Origin: Tolypothrix carrinoi HA7290-LM1
GTDB lineage: Bacteria > Cyanobacteriota > Cyanobacteriia > Cyanobacteriales > Nostocaceae
Assembly (NCBI GenBank): GCA_019358935.1
Contig: JAHHIK010000055.1
Span: 1 to 55,518 of the forward strand
Direction of reading: 5' to 3'
DNA length: 55,518 nucleotides
Positions 1 through 11,400 of this stretch are shown piece by piece. Made by a program: the position numbers and the translations under genes. The notes below the pieces were generated by a model that did not search any database, was not told the origin of the DNA, and saw only the letters and a list, made by a program, of their open reading frames with translations. Position 1 is the stretch's first letter, and each line of letters begins with the position of its first letter.

Positions 1-3000
1 ACAATATGGTGCATCACCACCAGCAACACGTGTTCTTTTTCTTTTAGCTTGAGCAAACTCGCTCGCACTAACGGGTCAACAGCCAAATCAAACGGTCGGC
101 TTGCTTCTTCAATTGCCAGTTGTTGGCTAGTAATTTCTTGCTGTGTTTGGTCTAGCTGTTGCAAGTCTACAACTTGCAATGTTAAGGTCAAGCTGCTGGC
201 AATCACACTAATCGGTTGTCCGTCTACTGTCACGAAGTTGGTGCGTAGGGCTTCGTGGCGGCTGATGATCTCATTGAGACTGGACTCTAAAGCCGCAACG
301 TTGAGCTGACCTTGAAAACGCACTGCCACCGGAATGTTGTAAAAGCCACTATCAACTTCTAACTGCTGTAGGAACCACAAGCGTTGTTGGGCAAACGAGA
401 GAGGCATTGACGACTGCCGTACCACTTTTACTATTGGCGGAGTTTGTCTTGATTGTCCTGTGTGCTGGTTCGTTTTGATGCACTCGGCTAAAGCAGCGAC
501 AGTGGGTTGCTCAAACAGGCTGCGTAATGGTAAGTCCACTGCAAATGTGCTTGCCACCCGCGAAATCAGTTGCGTTGCCAGTAATGAATGTCCGCCAAGT
601 TCAAAAAAGTTATCATAGACACCCACACGCTCTATACCCAGCAGCGATGCCCAGATGCCAGCGAGCATCTCTTCAGTTGGCGTTCTCGGAGCCACAAAGT
701 TGTGTGATTCAAGTTGCCCTCCGGGTTCGGGTAAGGCACGACGGTCAACTTTGCCATTGGGTGTCAGTGGCATCGCATCAAGCATCACAAAATAAGAGGG
801 CACCATATACTCGGGTAGCTGCTGATGTAGGAAGTCACGCAACTCGCTAATGGTGGGTGCAGGCTGTGTTAGCGGTACAATGTAAGCGACTAAGCGCTTA
901 TCACCTACAATTTCTTTGGCAATGACAACTGAAAGTTGCACGCTTGGGTGTTGGCGAAGTTGCGCCTCAATTTCTCCGAGTTCCATACGGAAGCCACGGA
1001 TCTTGACTTGGTGGTCAATGCGTCCGAGATATTCGATGTTGCCATCAGTGAGGTAGCGGACTAAATCTCCAGTTTTGTACAACCTTGAACCGGCATCGCC
1101 AAACGGGTTGGGAATAAACTTCTCTGCGGTTAACTCTGGACGGTTGAGGTAGCCACGAGCCAATCCATCCCCACCAATGTGCAATTCGCCCGGTACGCCT
1201 ACGGGTACAGGTTGCAAATTGGCATCGAGGAGATAAAATTGGGTGTTGGCAATTGCCCCTCCTATCGACACCGACCCAGAACCTGGCTGTACTTGGGATA
1301 CCGCTGACCAGATGGTGGTTTCTGTCGGACCGTACATATTCCACAAGCTATCTGCGCGTTCGAGCAATTGACTTGCAAGTTCCCGGGATAGGGCTTCACC
1401 GCCGCAGAGTATTTTTAATTGCTGGTTGCCAATCCACCCTGCTTGCATCAGTAGTCGCCAAGTGGCGGGTGTGCCTTGCATCACCGTCGCGCTAGATGTC
1501 GCCAAGGCGGCTGTGCTTTGACCACCGTCAGCAACAACTTCTCGATTGACGACTACACATGCACCTAAACTTAACGGCCCGAACAGTTCCAACGCGGCAA
1601 TGTCAAAGGTAATAGTAGTCACCGCCACCAAAACATCTGATGACACCAGACCCGGTTGGCGAGACATTGATGTTAAGAAATTTACCACGGCATCGTGGCG
1701 AATTTGCACTCCTTTGGGTCGTCCGGTGGAGCCGCTCGTATAAATTGCATAGGCGAGGTTGTCAGCTTGGACGCCACTGTCAGGGTTGGATGAACTGTGG
1801 TCGCTCTGCCAATTTTTGTCCAAGTAAACAACACGCCCATCATATTCGGTCAGCGTTGGCATCAGATGTTGTTGCACAAGCAGCACTTCTACACGGGCAT
1901 CTTCTAAAATGTACGCCAATCGCTCTGTTGGGTAGATCGGGTCAAGTGGTACATATGCTCCACCCGCCTTGAGAATGCCCAGCAGTCCCACCACCATCTC
2001 CATCGAGCGTTCCGTGCAAATACCAACCAACACCTCAGGTTCGACACCTAACGATAGTAGGTGGTGTGCCAGTTGGTTGGCTTTGGCGTTTAACTCTCGG
2101 TAGGTTAGTTGCTGGTCTTCAAACACCACTGCCACCGCATCTGGCGTTAAGTCAACTTGTTGTTCAAACAAGGAATGCAGGCACAAATGTTTGGGGTAGT
2201 CGGCTTGGGTGAGGTTCCATTCCACCAATATCTGATGTTGTTCTATGGCAGTCAGTAGCGCTATATCTGATAGCTTCTGTTGGGGATTGGCAACAATTGC
2301 TGAGAGCAGAGTTTGATAATGCCCTGCCATTCGCTCAATGGTGGCAGGGTCAAACAAATCTGTATTGTATTCGATTGACCCGCTTAATCCAAGGCTTGTG
2401 TTTTCTAGAGTCAGAGTCAAATCAAACTTGGCTGTCTCGCTTTCAAGTGGAAACGGTACAAGCGTTAAGTCAGTCAGTTCCAATTCTGGCATCGGTGCAT
2501 TTTGCAGCACAAACATCACTTGGAACAGTGGTGTGTAGCTCAAGGAACGTTCTGGCTGCAATTGTTCGACTAACTGCTCGAAGGGTAGGTCTTGATGAGC
2601 GTAAGCACCGAGTGCCACTTCCCGCACTTGTGACAGGAAATCGGCAAAACTGGGGTTGTTTGACAAATTGCTGCGTAGCACTAAAGTGTTGGCAAATAAT
2701 CCAATTAACCCCTCTGTTTCGCCACGATTGCGGTTGGCAATTGGTGTGCCCACGCAGATGTCACTTTGCCCGGTGTAGCGACTCAGCAATGTTTGAAATG
2801 CTGCCAGCAACGTCATGAACAAGGTTACTCCTTGTCGCTGGCTCAAGGCAAACAGCGCTGCGCTGTGTTCAACAGAGATGGCGAATTCGAGAGTAGCCCC
2901 CTTATAGGTTTGAATTGCCGGTCGCGGTCTATTTGTTGGTAGTTCCAACAAAGCAGTCGCACCCGATAGTTGTTGCTTCCAGTATGCTAGTTGCTTTGCC

Positions 3001-3788
3001 AGTACCTCCCCCTGTAGCCATTGCTGCTGCCACACCGCAAAGTCGGTGTACTGTATGGGCAATTCTGGCAGTGCAATTGCTGCTTGGTTGCACGTAGCTT
3101 GGTATACTGCTGCTAACTCCCGCACCAGCACGCCGATTGACCAACCATCTGAAACAATATGGTGCATCACCACCAGCAACACGTGTTCTTTTTCTTTTAG
3201 CTTGAGCAAACTCGCTCGCACTAACGGGTCAACAGCCAAATCAAACGGTCGGCTTGCTTCTTCAATTGCCAGTTGTTGGCAAGTGATTTCTCGCTGTGTT
3301 TGGGCTAGGTGTTGCAAATCCACAACTTGCAGTGTTAAGCCACGGTTTGGGTGAATTACACTAACCGGTTGTCCGTCTACTGTCACGAAGTTGGTGCGTA
3401 GGGCTTCGTGGCGGCTGATGATGTAATTCAGACTGGACTCTAAAGCCGCAACGTCGAGCTGACCTTGAAAACGCACAGTAACATAAATGTTGTAAAAGCC
3501 ACTATCAACTTCTAACTGCTGTAGGAACCACAAGCGTTGTTGGGCAAACGAGAGAGGTAGTTTTCCTTCTCGTGGAACGGGTAGAATGGGATCAAGAGTG
3601 GAACTTGAGGCAAGATTAGCCTTTTGCAGAAACGCAAGGATTTCTGCTTTGCGCTCTTGCAACTGAACACGAAGGGAAGGTGTCAGTGTTCCTTCCGGGG
3701 CACTACAGCGCAGGCGATCGCCATCAGCCCAAAGCTTTATATCCAAACTACACAGGTAAGATAAAAACTCTTCGATAATAATTTTCAT
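1..3788 (-). CDS. NRPS, truncated by window edge: TubC_N-type docking domain-C-A(Gly)-PCP-C...
   Basis: Absent from the ORF track (no stop in window). ATG at 3788 overlaps the upstream TGA and reads MKIIIEEFLSYLCSLDIKLWADGDRLRCSAPEGTLT. Motifs LSFAQQRLWFL, HHIVSDGWS, YTSGSTGRPKGV, TFDIAALELFGPL, NMYGPTETTIWS, DNFFELGGHSLLA, then a second C domain running off base 1. Confidence 0.92.
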   Translation of the reverse strand, partial: MKIIIEEFLSYLCSLDIKLWADGDRLRCSAPEGTLTPSLRVQLQERKAEILAFLQKANLASSSTLDPILPVPREGKLPLSFAQQRLWFLQQLEVDSGFYNIYVTVRFQGQLDVAALESSLNYIISRHEALRTNFVTVDGQPVSVIHPNRGLTLQVVDLQHLAQTQREITCQQLAIEEASRPFDLAVDPLVRASLLKLKEKEHVLLVVMHHIVSDGWSIGVLVRELAAVYQATCNQAAIALPELPIQYTDFAVWQQQWLQGEVLAKQLAYWKQQLSGATALLELPTNRPRPAIQTYKGATLEFAISVEHSAALFALSQRQGVTLFMTLLAAFQTLLSRYTGQSDICVGTPIANRNRGETEGLIGLFANTLVLRSNLSNNPSFADFLSQVREVALGAYAHQDLPFEQLVEQLQPERSLSYTPLFQVMFVLQNAPMPELELTDLTLVPFPLESETAKFDLTLTLENTSLGLSGSIEYNTDLFDPATIERMAGHYQTLLSAIVANPQQKLSDIALLTAIEQHQILVEWNLTQADYPKHLCLHSLFEQQVDLTPDAVAVVFEDQQLTYRELNAKANQLAHHLLSLGVEPEVLVGICTERSMEMVVGLLGILKAGGAYVPLDPIYPTERLAYILEDARVEVLLVQQHLMPTLTEYDGRVVYLDKNWQSDHSSSNPDSGVQADNLAYAIYTSGSTGRPKGVQIRHDAVVNFLTSMSRQPGLVSSDVLVAVTTITFDIAALELFGPLSLGACVVVNREVVADGGQSTAALATSSATVMQGTPATWRLLMQAGWIGNQQLKILCGGEALSRELASQLLERADSLWNMYGPTETTIWSAVSQVQPGSGSVSIGGAIANTQFYLLDANLQPVPVGVPGELHIGGDGLARGYLNRPELTAEKFIPNPFGDAGSRLYKTGDLVRYLTDGNIEYLGRIDHQVKIRGFRMELGEIEAQLRQHPSVQLSVVIAKEIVGDKRLVAYIVPLTQPAPTISELRDFLHQQLPEYMVPSYFVMLDAMPLTPNGKVDRRALPEPGGQLESHNFVAPRTPTEEMLAGIWASLLGIERVGVYDNFFELGGHSLLATQLISRVASTFAVDLPLRSLFEQPTVAALAECIKTNQHTGQSRQTPPIVKVVRQSSMPLSFAQQRLWFLQQLEVDSGFYNIPVAVRFQGQLNVAALESSLNEIISRHEALRTNFVTVDGQPISVIASSLTLTLQVVDLQQLDQTQQEITSQQLAIEEASRPFDLAVDPLVRASLLKLKEKEHVLLVVMHHI

Positions 3789-6700
3789 AATTCTATCTCC
3801 TCTCGGTTGTTCACCATCTCAACGGGGAGAGCACCTATCTGTTGTGCTATTGAACGAATTCTCTCAATATGCTTGGCGAGTCCTGCCACACTAGACTCCT
3901 CAAATAGGCTGTGCACGGGCAACTCAACTTGGAAGGTTTCGCGTATCCGAGAAATGACTAGAGTACCTAGCAAGGAATGTCCCCCTAACTCAAAGAAGTT
4001 GTCGTGAATGCCCACTTGCTCAATTCCAAGCAGTTGTTGCCAAATGTTAGCAATAGTTTGCTCCAGCTCATTGCGGGGAGCAACATAAGCATTGCTGAGT
4101 TCAGGTCTTGGATGTGCTGGTTTGGATGGGATAGTTTTATCTAACGGTTCCAAGAAAGATAGTGTTTTTGAAGCATTCTCCCACTCACCTCGAATCCCTA
4201 AATCTCTAGTTGATACCGCAACTTGAGGCAATTTACTTTCCAAAATGCGGCTTAAGGCATCTACGCCCTCATTGGGCAATATTCCTTGTTGAAGAATCTC
4301 ACTACGCAATTTTTGGAGTTCGAGTGGCAACGCTGTGTTTACTGCCATCCCCACCTCTTGCCAATTATCCCAGTTGGTACATACAGTGAAAGTACCACGT
4401 TTGGAATTTTTGTAGTGAGCAAAGGCATCAAGAAAGGCATTTGCACTAGCATAGTCTACCTGCCCAAATCCTCCTAGGATTGAAGTAGTTGATGATGTAA
4501 GGATAAAGAAATCCAACTGAATATCCTTGAGGATAGAATCGAGAATTAGCGTACCCTTCACTTTAGGTGCGAGAATTTTCTCTGCATCATCCGGGGTTTT
4601 ACCTTGAATTACGCCGCCTCCAGGAACTCCTGCGGCGTGGACTACTCCATTAATCTGACCAAATCGGTCTTTTGCCGAAGCAATAGCTTGTTGCATTTGT
4701 TGCTGATTGCTTGTATCTGCACTGACCACCAAAACTTCAGCACCTAGCTCTTCAAGTTCCTGAACTTTCCGGATTTTGCGGCTCACGCTATCTTGATCGT
4801 CATGACTAGCAAGCCATTGTTCCCACTCTTCTCTGGTGGGCAAAGCTGAACGTCCTATCAGGATAAGTTTGGCTTGTACAGTCTTCGCAAAATGTTCCGC
4901 TAGCACAAGTCCAATGCCTCCAAGTCCACCTGTAATCAAATAGACTCCACCTTCCCTTAACTGTGGTGTCGCTGCGCTGGACTTATCCAATCGAACTGGC
5001 TCAAAAGTTTGCACCCAGCGATGAAGACCACGATAAGCAATTACCCGATCGCTGGTAGTGGTTGTAAGTTCCGTCAGCAGATGGTCTGTGAGTTTTTCCT
5101 CGTGCCAACTTTCTGTTGAAGGAATGACAACATCAATGCTGCAACAGTTTATGTTTGGGTATTCTTGCGCTATGACCCTAACAGGTCCAAGTATAGTTGC
5201 TTTCTCTGGACACAGCACCTCAACGCCTGTCACTTCCTGCATATTGTTGGAAATAACCGCGATTTGCAGCTTATCATTCACAGTTTGTTTGCCAAGGGCT
5301 TGTGCTAAAAACAATAGACTGTAAAATCCTAAATCTTGAGCTGTGTCAACCGATTGCAGTCCTGATTCTGCTTCACTGTTCGGCGTGACACTCCATAAAT
5401 GTACAATCTTTTGTGGAATTTTGCCCAGTGTGTGCAGTTGATTAAGCAGGGCACCGTAGTCATTACTTTGTCTGGGATTTAGAGTATATAGGCGATCGCT
5501 CAACTTAGTAAACTCTGACCCGACCTTCACCGTAATGACATCGTGTCCCTCAAATTCAAGTTTTTTCACCAATTGGACACCCAAGCCACACTCATCGATA
5601 AATACAAGTGTATTCGATCGAACTGGTGTCTCACCTAATTTAGGGGCGATGAGCTGGGAACGTTTCCAGGAGGGAATGTAGAACCAGTCGGCAATGTCTG
5701 GCTTTTTATGTGGTACAGACGTTGAAGACAACATTTCTACATTACTCTTGACAGCGCTTGCTTGTTTTTGTGGTTCAATCCAGTAACGCTGGCGCTCAAA
5801 AGGATAAGTCGGCAAGGGGAGGCGATGACGCTGCTCATGGTGATAAAATCCCGACCAATTCACCTGTACGCCACTAAGCCAGAGCTTGCCTAATGTAGTC
5901 AGCAAAAATGCTACATCCGATTGGCGATCTCGCGGATGGCGTAAGCTCGAAAGCACTACTTGCTGGTTCCCCTTATCTGGATGCTGTCTGACTAATGTGC
6001 TTAATGTCTGTCCGGGTCCAACCTCCAGCAGGATTTGCTCCGGTTCTTTTAAGAACTGTTGCACACCCTCACCAAAACGTACTGTGGAGCGCAGATGGTT
6101 TGCCCAATAGTTTGGATCTGTTGCTTGTGCCGCAGTAATCCAAGTGCCCGTGACGTTGGATGTGTAGGAAATTTTTGGGGGCTTTAACTTAACTTTTTTG
6201 ACCTGCTCAATGAACGACCCAAGTATGGGTTCCATCATTTTTGAATGGAAGGCATGGGAGGTATGTAAACGGCGACACTCCACACCTTGTTCGGCTAAGT
6301 GGTTCTCTAATGCCTCTACAGCTTCAGCGATCCCTGAAACTACGCAAAAGCTCGGTCCGTTAATCGCAGCTAAAGAGAGTTCATTGCCCAAGAGGGTTTG
6401 CACCTTCTCTTCTGGAAGGGGAACGGAAAGCATTGTCCCTGAGGGCAGTTGTTGCATCAGCTGTCCCCGTGCAGTCACCAAGGTTAGGGCATCTTCCAGG
6501 GAGAAAACATTTGCCAGACACGCTGCAACATATTCACCGATGCTGTGACCGATCATCGCTTGCGGACGCACTCCCCATTCCATCCATAACTTTGCCAAAG
6601 CGTACTCAATCACAAACAGCGCTGGCTGTGCAATAGCTGTCTGTTTAATTTGCTGTGCAGCTTCTTCGGCGCGTTCTTCGCTTGGGTACAGCACATGGCG

Positions 6701-8431
6701 CAGGTCAAGCCCCAAGTGGGGTTTGAGGAGTTCCGAGCAAATATCCACCTGCTTGCGAAATGTCGGCTCAGTCTGGTAAAGTTCTAGAGCCATATTAACG
6801 TACTGCGCTCCCTGCCCTGAAAACATAAACACTACAGGTCGAGCCTTCGGTTCTATGAAGCTTGTAAAAACTTGTTTTGCATCCAGGGAATTAAGTGCGA
6901 TCGCTACCTCGTTAATATCTTGACAAACCAGCATCCGTCGGTGGTCGAAACCTCGGCGACCCACTTGCAACGTATGAGCAACATCAGCTAGGTTAATATC
7001 TGGATGCTGTTCGAGGTAAGCAGCCAAATTCGCTGTTGCACTTTCTAAAGCTGTATCGGTTTTAGCCGAGAGCAACAACAACTGCCAGGGACGAGAAGGA
7101 CCTGATGGTTCAACAGCAGGGGCTTCTTCAAGTACCACATGGGCATTTGTCCCTCCAAAACCAAAAGAACTGACTCCCGCACGGCAAGGAGTACCATTTG
7201 CCTTCCATTCTGAAAGTGTGCTATTGACGTAAAAAGGGCTGTTATCAAAATCTATCTGAGGGTTAGGCTGCTCAAAGTGCAAACTAGGAGGTATTTGTTT
7301 ATGTTTAAGGGCTAGGACAGTTTTAATAAGACTTGAAATACCAGCTGCTCTATCCAGATGCCCGATATTGCTTTTTACAGAACCAATGGCACAGAAGCCT
7401 TTCTTCTGTGTTCTGGCGCGAAAAGCCTGTGTCAGTGCTGTGACTTCAATCGGATCTCCTATAGATGTTCCAGTTCCGTGGGTTTCTATATAGCTGACAG
7501 TATCTGGCTCTACTCCAGCGGCAGATAAAGCCTCTAAAATCACATTCGCTTGACCATCCACACTGGGCGCTGTATAACTAACTTTTAAAAACCCATCGTT
7601 ATTTATAGCCGAACCTTTGATAACAGCATGAACGAAGTCGCCATCAGCAATGGCATCCTCTAATCTTTTCAAAACCACAATGCCCAAACCGTTACCAAAA
7701 ATAGTTCCCTGTGCTTTAGCATCAAAGGGGCGGCAATGCCCATCAGGTGATAAAATACCCTCTTGTCGATGGTAGTACCCAGCTTTTTGTGGCACTTGTA
7801 TTGACACACCACCAGCTAAAGCCATATCACATTCACTATTTAGCAAGCTTTGGCAAGCCAAATGAACAGCTACCAACGATGTAGAACAATAAGTTTGAAT
7901 ATTAATGCTTGGTCCTTTCAGGTTTAATTTATAAGAAACACGAGTAGCTAAAGAATCTTTATCATTTCCCAAAGAAATCATTTCTTCTAATCCCGTGACA
8001 TCAGGATTTGAATAAAGATTCAACATGTAGCTACTCATGCTGCTGCCAGCATAAACTCCAATAGAACCCTGAGCAGAACCGCCGTAACCAGCAACCTCAA
8101 GGGCTTCCCAAGCACACTCTAAGAAAAGGCGATGTTGTGGATCTATAATTTCGGCTTCTTTTGGAGAAAAGCTGAAGAACGAAGCGTCTAACAACTCTAT
8201 ATCTTTGAGTAGGGGTTTTGCTTTTACATAGTTAGGGTCATTTAGCTTTGCCTGGTCTATACCTGAAGTCTCCAGTTCCTCTTCACTTAAAAAGGAAATT
8301 GACTCCACACCGTTTTGCAGATTCTGCCAAAATTCTTCAATATTTTTTGCTCCAGGAAACCGACCAACCATACCAATAATGGCTATGTCTAAATCATCGA
8401 TCGCGTCTTCCAATTTTTCTGAGTTTTTCAT
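3785..8431 (-). CDS. cis-AT type I PKS module KS-AT(malonyl)-KR-ACP
   Basis: KS QTYCSTSL/HGTGT/GHLD; AT GHSIGEY and HAFHS; KR GGLGGIG and YASAN, no LDD; carrier GGHSLL; C-terminal acidic motif REEIEL. Confidence 0.95.
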   Translation of the reverse strand: MKNSEKLEDAIDDLDIAIIGMVGRFPGAKNIEEFWQNLQNGVESISFLSEEELETSGIDQAKLNDPNYVKAKPLLKDIELLDASFFSFSPKEAEIIDPQHRLFLECAWEALEVAGYGGSAQGSIGVYAGSSMSSYMLNLYSNPDVTGLEEMISLGNDKDSLATRVSYKLNLKGPSINIQTYCSTSLVAVHLACQSLLNSECDMALAGGVSIQVPQKAGYYHRQEGILSPDGHCRPFDAKAQGTIFGNGLGIVVLKRLEDAIADGDFVHAVIKGSAINNDGFLKVSYTAPSVDGQANVILEALSAAGVEPDTVSYIETHGTGTSIGDPIEVTALTQAFRARTQKKGFCAIGSVKSNIGHLDRAAGISSLIKTVLALKHKQIPPSLHFEQPNPQIDFDNSPFYVNSTLSEWKANGTPCRAGVSSFGFGGTNAHVVLEEAPAVEPSGPSRPWQLLLLSAKTDTALESATANLAAYLEQHPDINLADVAHTLQVGRRGFDHRRMLVCQDINEVAIALNSLDAKQVFTSFIEPKARPVVFMFSGQGAQYVNMALELYQTEPTFRKQVDICSELLKPHLGLDLRHVLYPSEERAEEAAQQIKQTAIAQPALFVIEYALAKLWMEWGVRPQAMIGHSIGEYVAACLANVFSLEDALTLVTARGQLMQQLPSGTMLSVPLPEEKVQTLLGNELSLAAINGPSFCVVSGIAEAVEALENHLAEQGVECRRLHTSHAFHSKMMEPILGSFIEQVKKVKLKPPKISYTSNVTGTWITAAQATDPNYWANHLRSTVRFGEGVQQFLKEPEQILLEVGPGQTLSTLVRQHPDKGNQQVVLSSLRHPRDRQSDVAFLLTTLGKLWLSGVQVNWSGFYHHEQRHRLPLPTYPFERQRYWIEPQKQASAVKSNVEMLSSTSVPHKKPDIADWFYIPSWKRSQLIAPKLGETPVRSNTLVFIDECGLGVQLVKKLEFEGHDVITVKVGSEFTKLSDRLYTLNPRQSNDYGALLNQLHTLGKIPQKIVHLWSVTPNSEAESGLQSVDTAQDLGFYSLLFLAQALGKQTVNDKLQIAVISNNMQEVTGVEVLCPEKATILGPVRVIAQEYPNINCCSIDVVIPSTESWHEEKLTDHLLTELTTTTSDRVIAYRGLHRWVQTFEPVRLDKSSAATPQLREGGVYLITGGLGGIGLVLAEHFAKTVQAKLILIGRSALPTREEWEQWLASHDDQDSVSRKIRKVQELEELGAEVLVVSADTSNQQQMQQAIASAKDRFGQINGVVHAAGVPGGGVIQGKTPDDAEKILAPKVKGTLILDSILKDIQLDFFILTSSTTSILGGFGQVDYASANAFLDAFAHYKNSKRGTFTVCTNWDNWQEVGMAVNTALPLELQKLRSEILQQGILPNEGVDALSRILESKLPQVAVSTRDLGIRGEWENASKTLSFLEPLDKTIPSKPAHPRPELSNAYVAPRNELEQTIANIWQQLLGIEQVGIHDNFFELGGHSLLGTLVISRIRETFQVELPVHSLFEESSVAGLAKHIERIRSIAQQIGALPVEMVNNREEIEL

Positions 8432-8453
8432 ATAATTATCCTTTTACCAAAAA

Positions 8454-11400
8454 TTATTTTGAAATCCGCTGGCGTTGCTTTTTCTTCTCTCTTCGTTTTT
8501 GCCCTCGATCAAAACTGGACTCACCAAGAAGATCTTGATTTTCATCACCACTTAAAATTTCTGCAAGGGAACTGACGGTAGGACTTTTATAAAGACTGAC
8601 TAAAGGAATTTGAATATTCAATTCTTTCTGCATCTGGGAAATAACCTGGATACTTATCAGAGAATTACCTCCCAAATCAAAAAAGTTGTCATGAATACCT
8701 ACTTTCTCAATTCCGAGGACTTGTTGCCAGATTTCGGCAACTATTTGCTCAACCTCATTGCGAGCCGCAACGTAATTATTCCCTAAATTGGGGCGGGGAT
8801 AGGTTGGTTTGTCAAGATTTGCCGTCGCTAATTTCTCTGACAAAAGCGCTAATTCTTTTCCCCGCAATTGGAAAGAATTGTTCTGATCAATTACCGATTG
8901 GAGGTCTTTTGTTGACACAACAATCTGAGGCTGCTTAATTCGCAAAATGCGACCAAACGCTTCGACACCCTCTTGAGGTAATATTCCTTTTTTAAGACTT
9001 TCTTCACGCCCCTGTTTGATCTGATCTGGCACTGCGGTTTCCACTGCCATCCCTACTTCTTGCCAAGCATCCCAGTTAATTGATACTGTAAATTGACCAG
9101 ATTTGGTAGCATGACGCTGGGCGTACACATCTAAAAAGGCATTCGCCGCACAATAATCTACCTGTCCAAAATCACCAAGGATGGAACTTATGGATGAACA
9201 AAGCACAAAGAAATCTAGATTGATATTCTTTAAAGCCTCTTCTAATACTAGTGTACCATTAACTTTCGGTGCTAGCACACTGGTGGCTGTATCCAGCGTC
9301 TTGAGTTGAACCACGCCGCCACCGGCAATACCCGCTGCGTGGATGACACCATTAATCTGACCAAATTGTTTTAATGCCTGAGCAATTACTGCCTGCATTT
9401 GTTCGGGATTAGCGACATCGGCACTTTTGAGTTGAACCTGTGCGCCCAATTCTTCAAGAGCCAACACTTTCTGGAGTTTGCGGCTGACAGCATCCTGGCT
9501 ATCATGAGTTGCTAGCCATTCAGACCAGTGCGATCGCTCGGGTAGCTCCTTTCGTCCGATCAGGATTAACTTAGCTTGTACTGTTTTAGCTAAGTATTCA
9601 GCTAATACTAACCCAATTCCACCAAGTCCACCAGTGATTAGGTAAACTCCTTCTTGCTTTAACCTGGTTTTACCTGCAATATTATCGTCTAAATGGATTT
9701 TCTCAAAGGTTTGAACCCAGCGGTGATGCCCACGGTAGGCAACTATGTTTTCACTCGTCTGTACTGTAAATTCCGTTAAAAGGTTATCTACCAGTTGTTG
9801 TGTTGGTGTTTCCGAATAAGGAATCACTACATCAATGCAACAGCAGGTTAAGTTGGGGTATTCTTGTGGAATCACTTTGCACGGTCCTAACACCGTTGCC
9901 TTCTCAGGACACAACCTCTCCTCGCCAGTGACATCATATATATTGCTGGTGACGACCATCAGCTTAATGGGGTCAGTAATATTCTCTTCTCCCACCGCTT
10001 GTGCTAGGAAAAGCAGACTCCTGAAGCCGAGATTTTGAAAATCTTCAAAAAATTGATGCGGTGATTTCGTCAGTTCATCTAGCTTGTTGTTGAGCAGTGT
10101 ATCATTGGGTGTGACGCTCCAAAAGTGGGCGATCGCGTTTGGGTTCAAATCCTGCTTTTGAAGTGCTTGGAACAAGGCATTATAGTCATCTGGTTGTTGA
10201 GGATTAATGGCGTATGTACGGTCATTGAGTTTGGTAAATTGCTGTCCCATCGTCACGGCGATCGCATCCTGACCCTGTTGTTCAAGTCGTTTTGCGATTT
10301 CCTCTCCGATTCCATAGGCATCTACAAAAACCAACCAGCATAACTTTTGCCCTGCCAGTTCTCCGTTTTGAAAAAGCTCAGGTGGTGTGGATTCTTTCCA
10401 ACGAGGAACATAGAACCAGTCGGCAATATTTGGCTTCTTGTGTAATGGTTCTTGTGATACTGTAGCTTGGGCAAATGAGGGATTTGGCTTAATCCAGTAA
10501 GGCTGGCGTTCAAAAGGATATGTCGGTAGGGGGATGCGATGGCGTTGTTCATGGGTGTAAAAACTAGACCAATCGATTTCAACCCCCAACAACCAAAGCC
10601 GACCCAAAGTGTTAAGTAAAAATGCTACATCTGACTGTTGCTCCTGTGGATGACGCATTGAGGTCAGTACCGCCAACTTTTCTGTTTGATGCTGAAGAGC
10701 AAAAGTACTTAATGTCCGCCCTGGTCCAATTTCCAGTAAAATGCGCTCATGTGTTTGAACTAACTGAGCAATTCCTTCATTAAAATGTACTGGCTGTCGT
10801 AAATGCCTTGCCCAATAGTTGGGGTCTGTTGCTTCTGTTGCGGTAATCCAAGTTCCACTGACATTGGACACAAACGGAATTTGGGGGGGATTGAGTTTGA
10901 CGAGTTGTAACAACTGGGTGAATGGCTGAATGATGGGTTCCATCATTTGAGAATGAAAAGCATGACTCGTATGCAGTTGCCGACATGCTACACCTTTTTC
11001 TTGTAGCTGCTGTTGCAATTGTTCTACAGCTGACAAGGAACCTGACACCACACAGTAGGAAGGTGCATTGCTTGCTGCTAAAGACAGTTCCTTTGTCAGC
11101 AAAGGTTTCACCTGTTGTTCGGGAAGTTGAACTGAGAGCATTCCCCCTTGAGGTAACTGCTGCATCAGTTTTCCTCGCTTCGCTACTAGTGCTAAGGCAT
11201 CGTCAAGCGAGAAAACTCCAGCCACGGTAGCAGCTACGTACTCTCCAATGCTGTGACCAATCATCGCTTCCGGATGCACACCCCATGCGATCCACAACTG
11301 AGCAAGAGCGTACTCAATTACAAACAGCGCTGGCTGGGTAATAGCAGTTTGTAGCAGATACTGTGCGGCTTGTTGAGTTTGTTCTTCATTGGGATAAAGT

